NCBI GenBank assembly: GCA_031409275.1
Contig: JANNXA010000010.1
Span: 1,437 to 65,436, forward strand
DNA length: 64,000 nt
Direction: 5' to 3'
Source of the DNA: Planctomycetota bacterium
Lineage (GTDB): Bacteria; Planctomycetota; B15-G4; SIAN01
The translations under genes and the position numbers were made by a program. Shown one piece after another: positions 8,904 through 18,436 of this stretch; position 1 is the stretch's first letter; every line of letters starts with the position of its first letter. The notes beneath the pieces were generated by a model that worked only from the letters and a program-made list of their open reading frames with translations, had not been told where the DNA came from and ran no database searches.

Positions 8904-9242
8904 ATGGGCGCGCTGCTCGGGTGGTTCGCGACTCACGTCGAGCCCTACCTGTCGTTTCGCTGGCTGATCGCCGGCGTGCTGGGCGCGCTGACGTTGCAGT
9001 CGCTGCTGGCCACCTTGTTCGTCCTGCGCGACCTCGCGCGTCCGGGCACGCCGCTGCCGCCACGCGAGGCGCACCTCGCCCGCCTGCTGAAGCAGCACGC
9101 CATCCTCTTGCTGCTCCGAGCGTTCAGCTGGCGAACGGCGCGCCGCTACCGCGGACTCGTCGCGCAGATCGTGGTGCTGCTGATCGCCGCGGTCGCGCTC
9201 CACGCGATGGTCTTCGCGTGGAGCGACGACCCGCGGCCGTGA
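8904..9242 (+). CDS. Hypothetical small membrane protein
   Basis: ATG 8904 lies 14 nt after the previous stop. There are three hydrophobic segments: WLIAGVLGALTLQSLLATLFVL, ILLLLRAF, IVVLLIAAVALHAMVFA. Confidence 0.55.
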   Translation: MGALLGWFATHVEPYLSFRWLIAGVLGALTLQSLLATLFVLRDLARPGTPLPPREAHLARLLKQHAILLLLRAFSWRTARRYRGLVAQIVVLLIAAVALHAMVFAWSDDPRP

Positions 9243-11537
9243 TCAGAAGAGATCCGCGAAGAAGCGCAGCGTCGGCACGCTCTGTCCCGGATGGAGCGCA
9301 TGGCGCAGCGGCGCGTTCCACGCCACGTCGTCCGGTTGCCCGAGCACCCCGATCGCCGCCATCGCCCGCTCGCGGGTGAGTTCATCCTGCTGCGGGTCGA
9401 ACGCGAGCGCGCTCAAGCCCGCGATCGCGCGCCGATCGCCGATCTCGCCGAGCGTGCGTGCCAGCGCGCCGCGCGTCGCATCGGAGCGCGTCGCCTCCAG
9501 CGCATCGACCATCGGCGCGATCACCATCGGGTCCGCGAGGCAACCCAGCGCATAGCCCGCCGAGGAGCCGAGCCGCGGATCGCTCGCATCGGTGCAACGC
9601 GCGAGCAACATCGACCGCTGCGCCCTCGCTCCGAGCAGCCCGAGCGACACGATCGCCGGCATCGCGACCACGGCATCCGGCGCGTTCGCCGCCTCGATCA
9701 CCATCGGCAACGACGCCGTGTCGCCCGCCAGCCCCAGCGCCAGGAGCGCCGCGGCGCGCGTGCTGACCGCCGCCGCATCCGCGGCGAGTTCGCGCAATCG
9801 CGCCACCACGTCGGCGCTGCCCGCGAGTCCGCCACGCGCCGAGAGGCCCGCGGCAATGGCGTGCCACGGCAGGTCTTCGCTCTTGCGCAGCCGACCCCTC
9901 AGCCCGTCGACCTCGAACGCCGCAAGCTTCGCCGCCGCTTCGGCGGGAGCGGTCGCACCGTGTCGGTACGCGAGCGTGCCGAGCGCGAGGATCGCCGACT
10001 GACGTGCGACCACGTCGACGTCCCGCGTCGCCAGCGCCAGCAGCGCGTCGACCGTGGCGACTTCGAACTCCGGCGCCATCTCGCCGAGCGCGAAGGCCGC
10101 CGCCGCGCGCAGCTCGCGCGGGCCACGGAAGCGCTGCACGATGTCGAAGAGTTTGGGCAACGCGGCGCTCGCTTCGGCGAGCGTCAACGCGGCCGGCACC
10201 TGCTCGAGGACGGTCGCCGGCAGCTGCGGATCCTCGAGCGCCTGCAGCAGCGCTGCCGTCGCCGCCACCTTCTGCGACGGCTCACGCGCAGCGAGTCCAA
10301 GCGCCACGACGCATGCCGACGCGAGTTCGACATGGGCCGCGGGCGAATCGGCCAGGACCGCCGTCAACGTCTCGACTCCGCGGCCGCTGCGCCCCAGCGC
10401 GATCGCCATCGCGGCGCGCATCGCCTCGGGGACTGCCGAGGTCGTGCCGAAGCGCGCGCGGCCTGCGGCGCTGTCGGCCACCATCTCCGCGAGCGGGACA
10501 GATGCTTGCGGGCTGCCGAGGATCGCGAAGAGGACCGGAGCCCACTCGCGCTCGGGCTGGTTCGTGTCGGCCAGGAACGCGAGCGTCGCCTCGATCAAGG
10601 GCGCGACCTCTTCGCCGCCCGCGATGCGCGCCTCCATGGCGAGCGCGGTGGCGCGGACGTCGGCGTCGGCGCGCGCGGCCTCGCCGAGACGAACGCGCAG
10701 CGCGTCACGCTCCTCCTCGCTCGGTCGCCAACTGCGCACGATCGCGGTGGGAGTCGCGACCGGATCACCGCGGTAGAGCTCGCGCACGTTCAGGAAGCGG
10801 TCGCGATGCGCGTACCACCAGGTCTCGATCGTCATCGAGCTCTCCGAGCGATCGCGTCGGCGCATGCCCGTCACGCCCCCGCGCGCCCCACCCGGCGGCG
10901 TGCCGCCGCCCGGCGTCGGTGTGACGCTCGGAGGCATTCCATCGCCCGGCGGCGGGCGCGTGCCTCTGCCGTTGGCGTTCGAACTCGGGACCGTGTCCAT
11001 TCCGCTGGCCGTGCGCGCCTCTTCCGCGAGCGCCGCTTGCTGGCTCCGCAGACCCGGCCCCTGGATGTAAGCCGCTTCATCAAGCGTGAGGCCGAGGCGA
11101 TCGAGCACGCGCGCCACTTCGGGATCGTCGTCGATCTCATTGAGGTAGGCGTCGTTGCACTCGCTCGCGAGGCGCACGACCGCGTCGGTTTCGCCGCTTC
11201 CATCGAGGACGAAGGCGAGCGCGCAGCGCGTGCCGCGTTCGTCGATGAAGAGCGGCAGCTCGCGCGGCCACAGCTCGTGATGGAGCGTGAAGTCGCCGCG
11301 CTCCGCATAGGCGGCTAGCAGATCCAGCGATCGAGCGCGCGCGGCCTGAGTCGCCAAGGAACGGTCGCTGACATCGCGCGCACGCAGCTCGGCCACCACG
11401 TTCCGCAGTCGCGCTTGCTTGGCCGCGACCTGCGCCGGCAACGGCGCAAACTGCATCAAGGATCCTTCGTCGGCGAGCGCGAAGGCGCTGCCCGCAAGCA
11501 GCGCCACCAGTGAGAGAGTTTTCCAGGACGCACGCAT
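9243..11537 (-). CDS. Secreted HEAT-repeat (PBS-lyase HEAT-like) protein
   Basis: ATG 11537 with GAGGAG upstream. Signal peptide MRASWKTLSLVALLAGSAFA. Many ...A(L/I)xALGxLG...D..VR..A motifs, e.g. GALARTLGEIGDRRAIAGLSALAFDPQQDELTRERAMAAIGVLG. A Pro/Gly-rich linker sits in the first third. Confidence 0.8.
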   Translation of the reverse strand: MRASWKTLSLVALLAGSAFALADEGSLMQFAPLPAQVAAKQARLRNVVAELRARDVSDRSLATQAARARSLDLLAAYAERGDFTLHHELWPRELPLFIDERGTRCALAFVLDGSGETDAVVRLASECNDAYLNEIDDDPEVARVLDRLGLTLDEAAYIQGPGLRSQQAALAEEARTASGMDTVPSSNANGRGTRPPPGDGMPPSVTPTPGGGTPPGGARGGVTGMRRRDRSESSMTIETWWYAHRDRFLNVRELYRGDPVATPTAIVRSWRPSEEERDALRVRLGEAARADADVRATALAMEARIAGGEEVAPLIEATLAFLADTNQPEREWAPVLFAILGSPQASVPLAEMVADSAAGRARFGTTSAVPEAMRAAMAIALGRSGRGVETLTAVLADSPAAHVELASACVVALGLAAREPSQKVAATAALLQALEDPQLPATVLEQVPAALTLAEASAALPKLFDIVQRFRGPRELRAAAAFALGEMAPEFEVATVDALLALATRDVDVVARQSAILALGTLAYRHGATAPAEAAAKLAAFEVDGLRGRLRKSEDLPWHAIAAGLSARGGLAGSADVVARLRELAADAAAVSTRAAALLALGLAGDTASLPMVIEAANAPDAVVAMPAIVSLGLLGARAQRSMLLARCTDASDPRLGSSAGYALGCLADPMVIAPMVDALEATRSDATRGALARTLGEIGDRRAIAGLSALAFDPQQDELTRERAMAAIGVLGQPDDVAWNAPLRHALHPGQSVPTLRFFADLF

Positions 11538-11945
11538 CGGACGACTCCTCGTGGGACCTTGGACACGACTGCGAAGCGCCAGCCCTCGAAGCAATCAGGC
11601 GGCCGCCGACCGGCCGCGGCGCGCCCATGCGAGACGTGTCACAGCTCGCGACGATCGTGATGGCGCTGGCGGCTCGCCGGACGGAGCAGAAACAAGCAAG
11701 GCGGAGCGACCGACCGGCATCCGGCCGATCGATCGCTCCGCCCGATCACGATCCGCCGCGATGCGGGGGCATGGTGGCGGCGAACCGCGATGTTGCAGGA
11801 AGCCGCTTTGCAACCCGGGTGCCGCACCCGACTGACGCTGCTCTCGGCGCTGCCCGTAGGTCCCGAGCGTTCAAGCGACCGTCATCGCACCCACCGTCAC
11901 CGCCTTGTGACGTCTGGGCGACGCGAACGGAGGACGACCCGAGAC

Positions 11946-13262
11946 TCACTTCCAACCGAAGGCCGTCGGGTCGTAGGGCACCTTGCCGTGCGGGAACTTC
12001 TTCAGCAGCGCTTGGGCGCGCTCGATCAGCGTGTCGACTCCGACGCCGAGATCCTTCGCATCGAAGGCGACCAGTTCATGAGGCAGCGCGCCGATTCCCT
12101 CCAGGCCGCGCCCCTCGTTGGCGCGGCCGAGGTTGGTGGCGACGGCGACGTAGAGCGAGAACTTGCCGCTCGGCAGCTCGATCGTCTCCTTCTGCGCCGA
12201 CATGCCCGCGGTCGGACTCTCGCCGATCAGGTAGGCGCGACCATCCTCCCGGAAGATCGCGGCGGCCGTCTCGCCGGCGCTGCGAACCGTCGCATCGACG
12301 ATCGCCACGATCGGCCCGCCGTACGGCGTCGCGCCGGCGCTCGCGTAGCTCTTCTGGAACGCGAGCGTCTTGCCGGTTGGCACGAAGCGACCCATGAACG
12401 CCTCGTGGTCGAAGCTGCCTCCCGAGTTGCCGCGGAAGTCGAGGATCAGACCGCGCACCTTCGACAGCGCCGCCAGCGCAACGTCCATCTGCTCGGGCAG
12501 ATCGGCCGGGCAACGGCGCACGTGGACGTAGCCGAACCCGGTCGCGGTCGTTCCGTACTTCAGGTCCTTCGTGGTCGCGAGCCCGTCGGGCAGGAACGCC
12601 GGGCCGTCGGGGACCTGGTTGGCCTTCTCGCAGGTCACCGTTCGCGACAACTTCTTGCCCTTCAGGTCCTTCAACTCCAATTCGAGGCGATGCCCCTTCT
12701 CGAACTCGAGTCCCCAGTGGCAGGCGGCGAAGAACGCCTGGTGGTCGCTCGAGTAGCTGCGCCAGTCCCGCAGTTCGGCGACGCGCGCCTCGATCCATGC
12801 CAGCGCCGGCTTGCCATCGACCTTCACCACCTCCATGCCCGGCGTCACTCCGGCCGCGGCCGCGCCGCTCCAGGAGTTCTTCACCAGCAGCTTCGACCCG
12901 CTGCGGCAGAAGCAGAGGCCGCAGCCGGCGCGCTCGCCCCGCAGCTTCTCCGGCAGCTGCACCGACTTCATCGATTCGGCCGGCACCACGTCGGAGTGGC
13001 CGTCGCGCAGTCGCGCCAGCAGGCGCAGCAGCACCAGCAGATGATCGGAGTCGTCCTTGGCGGCCTTCGCCGCCGCCGTCATCTCGACGCGGACGGCCTT
13101 CCAATCGATCTTCTTCTGCGCGATCAACGTGGCGCACTTCGACTCGAGGGTGTCGAGCGCGAAGGCGACATCGTGGACGCACTCGGCGCCATCGCGCGGA
13201 GCGATCAAGGCGGGCACCGACAACGCGAAGCACCGCGCCATCGACTGCGCGTTCAGTTCCAC
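11946..13262 (-). CDS. S41 family (tail-specific/C-terminal processing) peptidase-like
   Basis: GLILDFRGNSGGS and VDATVRSAGETAAAIF match S41 catalytic-region motifs, with a PDZ-like segment (GVTPGMEVVKVDG). GTG start with AGGAG 6 nt upstream. Confidence 0.85.
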   Translation of the reverse strand: MELNAQSMARCFALSVPALIAPRDGAECVHDVAFALDTLESKCATLIAQKKIDWKAVRVEMTAAAKAAKDDSDHLLVLLRLLARLRDGHSDVVPAESMKSVQLPEKLRGERAGCGLCFCRSGSKLLVKNSWSGAAAAGVTPGMEVVKVDGKPALAWIEARVAELRDWRSYSSDHQAFFAACHWGLEFEKGHRLELELKDLKGKKLSRTVTCEKANQVPDGPAFLPDGLATTKDLKYGTTATGFGYVHVRRCPADLPEQMDVALAALSKVRGLILDFRGNSGGSFDHEAFMGRFVPTGKTLAFQKSYASAGATPYGGPIVAIVDATVRSAGETAAAIFREDGRAYLIGESPTAGMSAQKETIELPSGKFSLYVAVATNLGRANEGRGLEGIGALPHELVAFDAKDLGVGVDTLIERAQALLKKFPHGKVPYDPTAFGWK

Positions 13263-13299
13263 GTCGAACTCCTGGTACGACGAAGCGACATCGCGTTGC

Positions 13300-14679
13300 T
13301 CAGCTCGGCTCGCGCAACCAGCGCCACAGATCGCCGAGCTTCGGCGGTTTGCCGCTGCTGAAGATCGCCACGCGGAAGATCTTCCCGGCCGCGAGCAGAC
13401 AGACGACGACGCCGACGGCGACGCTCGCCGCGGCCGTCACCACGAGCCACAGCTGCGGCGGCGGCGATTGCGCGAGTCGCATCGGCATGATCATCGGCGC
13501 GGAGAACGGGAAGAGCATCAACGCGTGCGAGACGGCGCTGTCGGGATGCTGCAGCACGTGCGTCATCCCGAGCATCGGCAGCATGATCAGCAGGACGACC
13601 GGGAACATCAGGTTCTGCGCATCCTGGATCGAGTTGCACATCGCGCCGATGGCGACGTAGACGCTGCCGAACAGCAGGAATCCGCCGACGAAGAAGTAGG
13701 TGTACCAGGCGACGTTGGCGGCCGAAAGCGAGCCGGCCGTCAGCAGATCGAAGTGACCGGCGGTGAACGCCGCGGCAGCGCCCCACGCCAACAGCACCAC
13801 CATGCCGGTGAGGAAGGCGCCGATCAGCTTCCCTGCCAGCAGATCGACGGCGCTGATCGAGGAGACCAGCACCTCGATCACGCGATTGCTCTTCTCCTCG
13901 ATCGTCGCGTTCAGCAGCACGCCGGCGGACTGCATGATTCCCATGAGGAGCAGGACCACCAGCGCGATCGGGAACGCGACCTCCTTGCTGCCGCTCGAAC
14001 GCACCATGCCGCTCGCCGCGTTCTTGCCGGTCGCGGCGTCGCGCGGCACCACGAACTCCTCGAACTTCACTTCGCGGTCGATGCGGGCGATCAGCGCGGG
14101 GTCGACGCCGGCGCTCTCGAGCCGCAACTTCCGCAGTTGCTCGCGCGCGGCGCCGCGCAGCTCCTGGCGCAGCTCGCCGACCGTGAGCGAGAGCGCTGCG
14201 TAGGCGAGGCCGAACTCGTCCTTCGTGGCCGCCGACGCCTCTCCCTCCACCGCCGAGGCGACGAGGTCCGGCGGGACTTGCGCGACGCGCGGTCCGATCA
14301 GCAGCCAGCCGAACAGCTCGCCGGCGCGCGCACGATCGGCGAGTTCCGCGGCCAACGTCGCGCGCGCCTGTGCATAGGGCTGCCCGGCGAGCCCCTTCGC
14401 GGCGAGGTCGACCGGCTCGAGGACTATCTGCAGACGCTGGCCCGGCTGCGCATTTCGCGCGGCCGCCCACGCTGCCAGCGGCACCTGCAACTGGCCGCTC
14501 CAGTCGGCCACGGCGAAGCGCCGTTCGCCCTGTTCTCCGAAGCGTGCCAGGAGCTTCGGCAGGCCGATGCTGACCATCATCAGCAGCGGCATGAACAGCA
14601 GTCCGATGACGAAGCCCTTGGTGCGCACGACCGCGTTGAAGTCGCGCATCGCGACCACCCAGATGCGAGATGCCATCAT
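13300..14679 (-). CDS. ABC-2 type transporter permease (NatB-like)
   Basis: N-terminal TM, a large extracytoplasmic loop, then 5 C-terminal TM segments. Its start overlaps the ATPase stop by 4 nt. Confidence 0.85.
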   Translation of the reverse strand: MMASRIWVVAMRDFNAVVRTKGFVIGLLFMPLLMMVSIGLPKLLARFGEQGERRFAVADWSGQLQVPLAAWAAARNAQPGQRLQIVLEPVDLAAKGLAGQPYAQARATLAAELADRARAGELFGWLLIGPRVAQVPPDLVASAVEGEASAATKDEFGLAYAALSLTVGELRQELRGAAREQLRKLRLESAGVDPALIARIDREVKFEEFVVPRDAATGKNAASGMVRSSGSKEVAFPIALVVLLLMGIMQSAGVLLNATIEEKSNRVIEVLVSSISAVDLLAGKLIGAFLTGMVVLLAWGAAAAFTAGHFDLLTAGSLSAANVAWYTYFFVGGFLLFGSVYVAIGAMCNSIQDAQNLMFPVVLLIMLPMLGMTHVLQHPDSAVSHALMLFPFSAPMIMPMRLAQSPPPQLWLVVTAAASVAVGVVVCLLAAGKIFRVAIFSSGKPPKLGDLWRWLREPS

Positions 14680-15641
14680 TCGCCTCCCGCCGTCGTCGTG
14701 GTCATCGTCCCCGTCGCCGTCGCCTCGCCGGGGCCCGCCAGGCGCAGGAAGAGGTCATGCAGGCGTGGCGTGCGCGACTCGAAGCGCGCGAGCTTGAAGC
14801 GGCCGACGAGATGCGCCAGCACGCGCTGAGGATCGGCGCCGGGTTCGAGCTCGAGCTCGAATCGTCCCGGGTGATCGTGCACGGCGCGCACGCCGGGCGC
14901 CCCGACCAGCAGCGAACGCGCGCCTTCGCCAGCGACGTCGACCACCTCTTCTCGGTAACGCGACTGGATCTCTCCCAGGCTGCCGTCGAGCACCTTGCGC
15001 CCCTTGCAGATCATGAAGACGGAGTCGCACAGCTTCTCGGCGTGCTCCATCACGTGCGTCGAGAAGATCACGGTCTTGCCGGCTCGCTTCCACTCGTCGA
15101 CGATGCCGATCATCAGCTCGGCATTCAGCGGATCGAGTCCGGAGAAGGGCTCGTCGAGGATGACGAGGTCGGGATCGTGCACGACGGTGGCGATGAACTG
15201 CACCTTCTGCTGCATCCCTTTCGAGAGCTCCTGGCACTTCTTCGCGCGCCACGCCGTGAGCCCCATGCGCTCGAGCCAGGCGTCGATGCGCGGCAGCAGT
15301 TCCGCGCGGCTGCGCCCCTTCAGGCGGCCGAGGTAGAGGATGAGTTCGGCGACGTTCATCTTCGGGTAGAGGCCGCGCTCTTCGGGCAGGTAGCCGACCC
15401 GCTCCGTCGTCTCGCGACCGGCCGGCCGGCCGAGCACCTCGACCTGGCCACGATCGGGCAGATGGATGTGCATGATCATCCGGATCGTGCTGGTCTTGCC
15501 CGCGCCGTTGGGACCGATGAAGCCGTAGACGGCGCCGCGCGGAATGGTGAGCGAGAGGTCGTTGACTGCGACATGGCCGCCAAAGCTCTTGGTGACGTCC
15601 GTGAGGCGAACGGCCGGCTCGGCCGAGGTCGATGAGGCCAT
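14676..15641 (-). CDS. ABC transporter ATP-binding protein (NatA-like)
   Basis: Walker A GPNGAGKTS, signature LSKGMQQK, Walker B LVILDEPFSGLD, H-loop STHVM. Confidence 0.93.
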   Translation of the reverse strand: MASSTSAEPAVRLTDVTKSFGGHVAVNDLSLTIPRGAVYGFIGPNGAGKTSTIRMIMHIHLPDRGQVEVLGRPAGRETTERVGYLPEERGLYPKMNVAELILYLGRLKGRSRAELLPRIDAWLERMGLTAWRAKKCQELSKGMQQKVQFIATVVHDPDLVILDEPFSGLDPLNAELMIGIVDEWKRAGKTVIFSTHVMEHAEKLCDSVFMICKGRKVLDGSLGEIQSRYREEVVDVAGEGARSLLVGAPGVRAVHDHPGRFELELEPGADPQRVLAHLVGRFKLARFESRTPRLHDLFLRLAGPGEATATGTMTTTTAGGE

Positions 15642-15762
15642 GCGGGGGATGCTCCAACAGCGGTTACAGGCGCGTGAGGATCGCAAGCGTAGGGCCAAAA
15701 GTGCCAAGGCCGGTTCGTCGCGGCACCGACACGGTGGTAAACCGTGCGCCTCGGAGGGGACC

Positions 15763-15861
15763 ATGCGACGTGTGACGATGACGAGCGGGTCGTGGCGAAT
15801 CGCCCTATTGCTGGCGATCTGCGCGCTGGCGAGCGCCTGCGGATGCTGCGGCGGCTGCTGA
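15763..15861 (+). CDS. Candidate 32-aa Cys-rich lipoprotein precursor (speculative small ORF)
   Basis: GGAGGGG lies 4 nt before the ATG. The product MRRVTMTSGSWRIALLLAICALASA-CGCCGGC has a signal peptide and lipobox LASAC. It could be a chance ORF in GC-rich DNA. Confidence 0.3.
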   Translation: MRRVTMTSGSWRIALLLAICALASACGCCGGC

Positions 15862-15987
15862 GCGCCGCCCCGCGCGCCGTGGGTTGAGGAACGCTTTTCC
15901 CGCCGCGAGCGTCGTCGCGGGACGCCCCTTCGCCTCGCTTCTCGGCTAACCATTCGATCTGCCGCGCATCCGCGGCCGGAGCGATCG

Positions 15988-17445
15988 ATGGCGCGAGGCG
16001 CGGGGCAGGACATCTTCCAGGGCGACAGCGACGGCGAGAGCGAGCGGATCGACGCGACGCTCTCCGCCAGCGCGATGGCACTTCTCGCGCGACTCGAACG
16101 CGAATCGCGCGATCGGCGCGCGGCGCTGCTGCGTCGTCGCCTCGAGCGGCAGGCCGCGTTCGCCGCCGGCATTCGCCCCGCGTTCCTCGCCAACACGCGC
16201 AAGCTGCGCGCGGGCGCGTGGCAGGTCGCCCATCCGGTCGAACGCAGCGCCCCCACCATCGACCTCTGGCTGCCTCCGCGCGCGGCCGCCGCCGCGAGGC
16301 CGCCTGCCGAAGTGGACGCGCTCGTGGTCGATGTCACCGAGGCGCCGCTCACGTCTGCGGAGCGGTCGTTCCCCCTCGAACAGCGCCGGCTGCGGATGCG
16401 CGCGTTCGATCGCCACGAATCGCGCCTCGTCCTCGATGGTCGACCGGTCGCAGCCGCGCTGCACGACTTCGCCATCGAACTCAGTGCGCGCGCCGCGGCC
16501 AGGACGCCCTTCGCGCCGCTCACCTGCCTGCTGCCGCCGCTCGAGAACCACCTCGAGGCGCGCCTCTGGAACGACCTGTTGCGGCTGGCGAGCGAGCAAC
16601 TCGCGCTTCCAGCAGGCGCGTTGCGAGCGGTGATCGTCGTCGACACGCTGCCGGCGTTGTTCGAGCTCGACGAGATGTTGTTCGAACTCCGGCCTCACGC
16701 GACGGCGCTGCTGCTCGATCGCGTGGAGCTTGCGACGAGCACGCTCGAACGCTTCGGCGACGATCCGACGCAGCTTGCGCCCGACCTCGATCTCCTGCTC
16801 GGCGCGCAGCCGGCGGCAGCGGCGGCCGAGCGCCTCGTGGTCGCGACCGCGCGCCGCCGCGGCGTGCGCGCGCTGCTCGGACCGCTGCGGCCCGCGCCCT
16901 CCCTGCGCGCGACGTCCGCGAGTCACGCTCTCGAGTCGCTGTGCGCCAGCTTCGATGCGGCCGTCGTCGTCGGCTTCGATGGCGTCGCAGTCGCCGACGA
17001 GGCGCTCGTCGAACTGGCGTGGCGCCGCTTCGTCCGCGCCACGCGACCCGAGTCGCGGCACGGCGAGGACGACCCGACCAGCCCCGCGCTCGAGGAGGCG
17101 CTGCTCGCGCCGCCGCGCGGCGAGCGGAACGGGATCGCCCTCGAAGCGAACCTCAACGCGCTGGTCTGCTTCGAAGCGGCGCACGGAGCCGGCGCCGAGC
17201 GGGTCGAGTGCGACGGTCGCGTCGAGGGTCGCAGCAGCGCTGCGCTGCGGCGCGCGTTGCTGCGGCAGTGGCTGCGTCACCGCGCGCACCTCGCCGACGG
17301 ACGCATCGTCACGCCCGAGCTGGTGCGTGACCTGCTTGCCGCCACCACCGCCGCCTGGATCGCATTGCCTCCGGCCGGCATCGCCGCGAAGCGGCTCGAA
17401 GCGGCGGCAACGCACCTTGCGGAGCAGCTCGCGCTGCCCAAATGA
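15988..17445 (+). CDS. Malate synthase A family protein, highly divergent
   Basis: Collinear by-eye similarity to AceB-type malate synthase: LENHLEARLWNDLL, RAVIVVDTLPALFELDEMLFELRPH, RRRGVRAL, GFDGVAVADEALV, ALRRALLRQWLRH. Several hallmark strings are altered (see findings). Confidence 0.75.
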   Translation: MARGAGQDIFQGDSDGESERIDATLSASAMALLARLERESRDRRAALLRRRLERQAAFAAGIRPAFLANTRKLRAGAWQVAHPVERSAPTIDLWLPPRAAAAARPPAEVDALVVDVTEAPLTSAERSFPLEQRRLRMRAFDRHESRLVLDGRPVAAALHDFAIELSARAAARTPFAPLTCLLPPLENHLEARLWNDLLRLASEQLALPAGALRAVIVVDTLPALFELDEMLFELRPHATALLLDRVELATSTLERFGDDPTQLAPDLDLLLGAQPAAAAAERLVVATARRRGVRALLGPLRPAPSLRATSASHALESLCASFDAAVVVGFDGVAVADEALVELAWRRFVRATRPESRHGEDDPTSPALEEALLAPPRGERNGIALEANLNALVCFEAAHGAGAERVECDGRVEGRSSAALRRALLRQWLRHRAHLADGRIVTPELVRDLLAATTAAWIALPPAGIAAKRLEAAATHLAEQLALPK

Positions 17446-17449
17446 CACC

Positions 17450-18328
17450 TCACTCGTCGCGCGCTTCGCCCACCACGAAGATCATCGCAACACCCCATGC
17501 GGTGCCGCTGACGCGCGGAGAGAGGGGCCGGTACAGGATCAGGCACTCGCTACGAAGGGGCGGCGTCAACGTCGCGTCGACGGGCGCGCCGACTTGCGAC
17601 GGATCGGTCGTTTCGAAGCGATCGATGCGCGCCGCCGCCAGCAACGCCGACCGCGCCTGCGCACGCACCGTGAACGTGGCGATCGAGGCCGTCACCGAAC
17701 GACCGTCGCGCGGCGCGGCCAGGATCGGCGGCCACGACGCGCGCAAGCCCCATGGCGGAGCGTCGGCGCTGACGAACTCGGCGAGGTCGCTGCGGCGTTC
17801 AGTCAACGCAGCACGCAGCAACCCATCGAGCAGCAACACGAGCCGCCGCATCGTCGACGCGGGGAAATCGCCGTCGACCGGCGCCAATCCGTCGAAGAGA
17901 GTCAGCGCGGGCACGCTCGCGACCGCCGCCGGCTGCCATGCCGTCGTGAGCTCCGCTCGCCGCATCACGACCACCAGGCTCTCGTCGTTTCGCCCCCGCG
18001 CGCCGGGGATCAGCGCGAGTTCGAGCAGCGGATCGATCGCGAGGCGCTGCTCGGCCGCGAGATCGAGCCCAGCCGCCTTCGCGAGCCATGCTGGCGGGCG
18101 GCTCTCACCGAGCTGCAACTCCTGCTGCAACGGCGAGCCAGGGCGCGCGGCGGCGACCGCCTGGTCGAACCGGCCGGCGAGCGCCGCTTCGACCACGGCG
18201 GCAGCTCGTACGGCAACCGAACCGCCAACCTCCGGCCCCGGCGGTCGCGGCGGATCCGCCTGCTCGCCGCAGCCGACCGCGGCCGCGAGCAGCGATCCGA
18301 CCAGGAATCCTCGACTGCGGCGGACCAT
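17450..18328 (-). CDS. Hypothetical lipoprotein
   Basis: MVRRSRGFLVGSLLAAAVGC (lipobox), with AGGAGCGGAG upstream of the ATG. No family recognised. Confidence 0.65.
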   Translation of the reverse strand: MVRRSRGFLVGSLLAAAVGCGEQADPPRPPGPEVGGSVAVRAAAVVEAALAGRFDQAVAAARPGSPLQQELQLGESRPPAWLAKAAGLDLAAEQRLAIDPLLELALIPGARGRNDESLVVVMRRAELTTAWQPAAVASVPALTLFDGLAPVDGDFPASTMRRLVLLLDGLLRAALTERRSDLAEFVSADAPPWGLRASWPPILAAPRDGRSVTASIATFTVRAQARSALLAAARIDRFETTDPSQVGAPVDATLTPPLRSECLILYRPLSPRVSGTAWGVAMIFVVGEARDE

Positions 18329-18436
18329 CTCCGCTCCTGACTATGGTTGAATTCCCGGCCGTACCGGCAGATCGCGCCGGTCCACGAACGGCATGATGCA
18401 CCCCCTCGTTCCCGATCGACTGCGGAGACTATTCGG

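Noticed and set aside
11538-11945. Unusually long (~400 nt) spacer between the S41 peptidase and HEAT-repeat genes, checked for small ORFs or ncRNA
   Set aside because: The ORFs there (for example 11639-11827 and 11595-11813) are Arg/Ser-rich with no RBS. Only weak hairpins were seen (GGGTG-CGG-CACCC, GTTGCA...TGCAAC), and nothing resembles a known RNA family.
15946-17448. 500-aa minus-strand ORF antisense to the malate-synthase-like gene
   Set aside because: It is Arg/Glu/Gly-rich low-complexity translation, whereas the + frame shows collinear malate synthase motifs.
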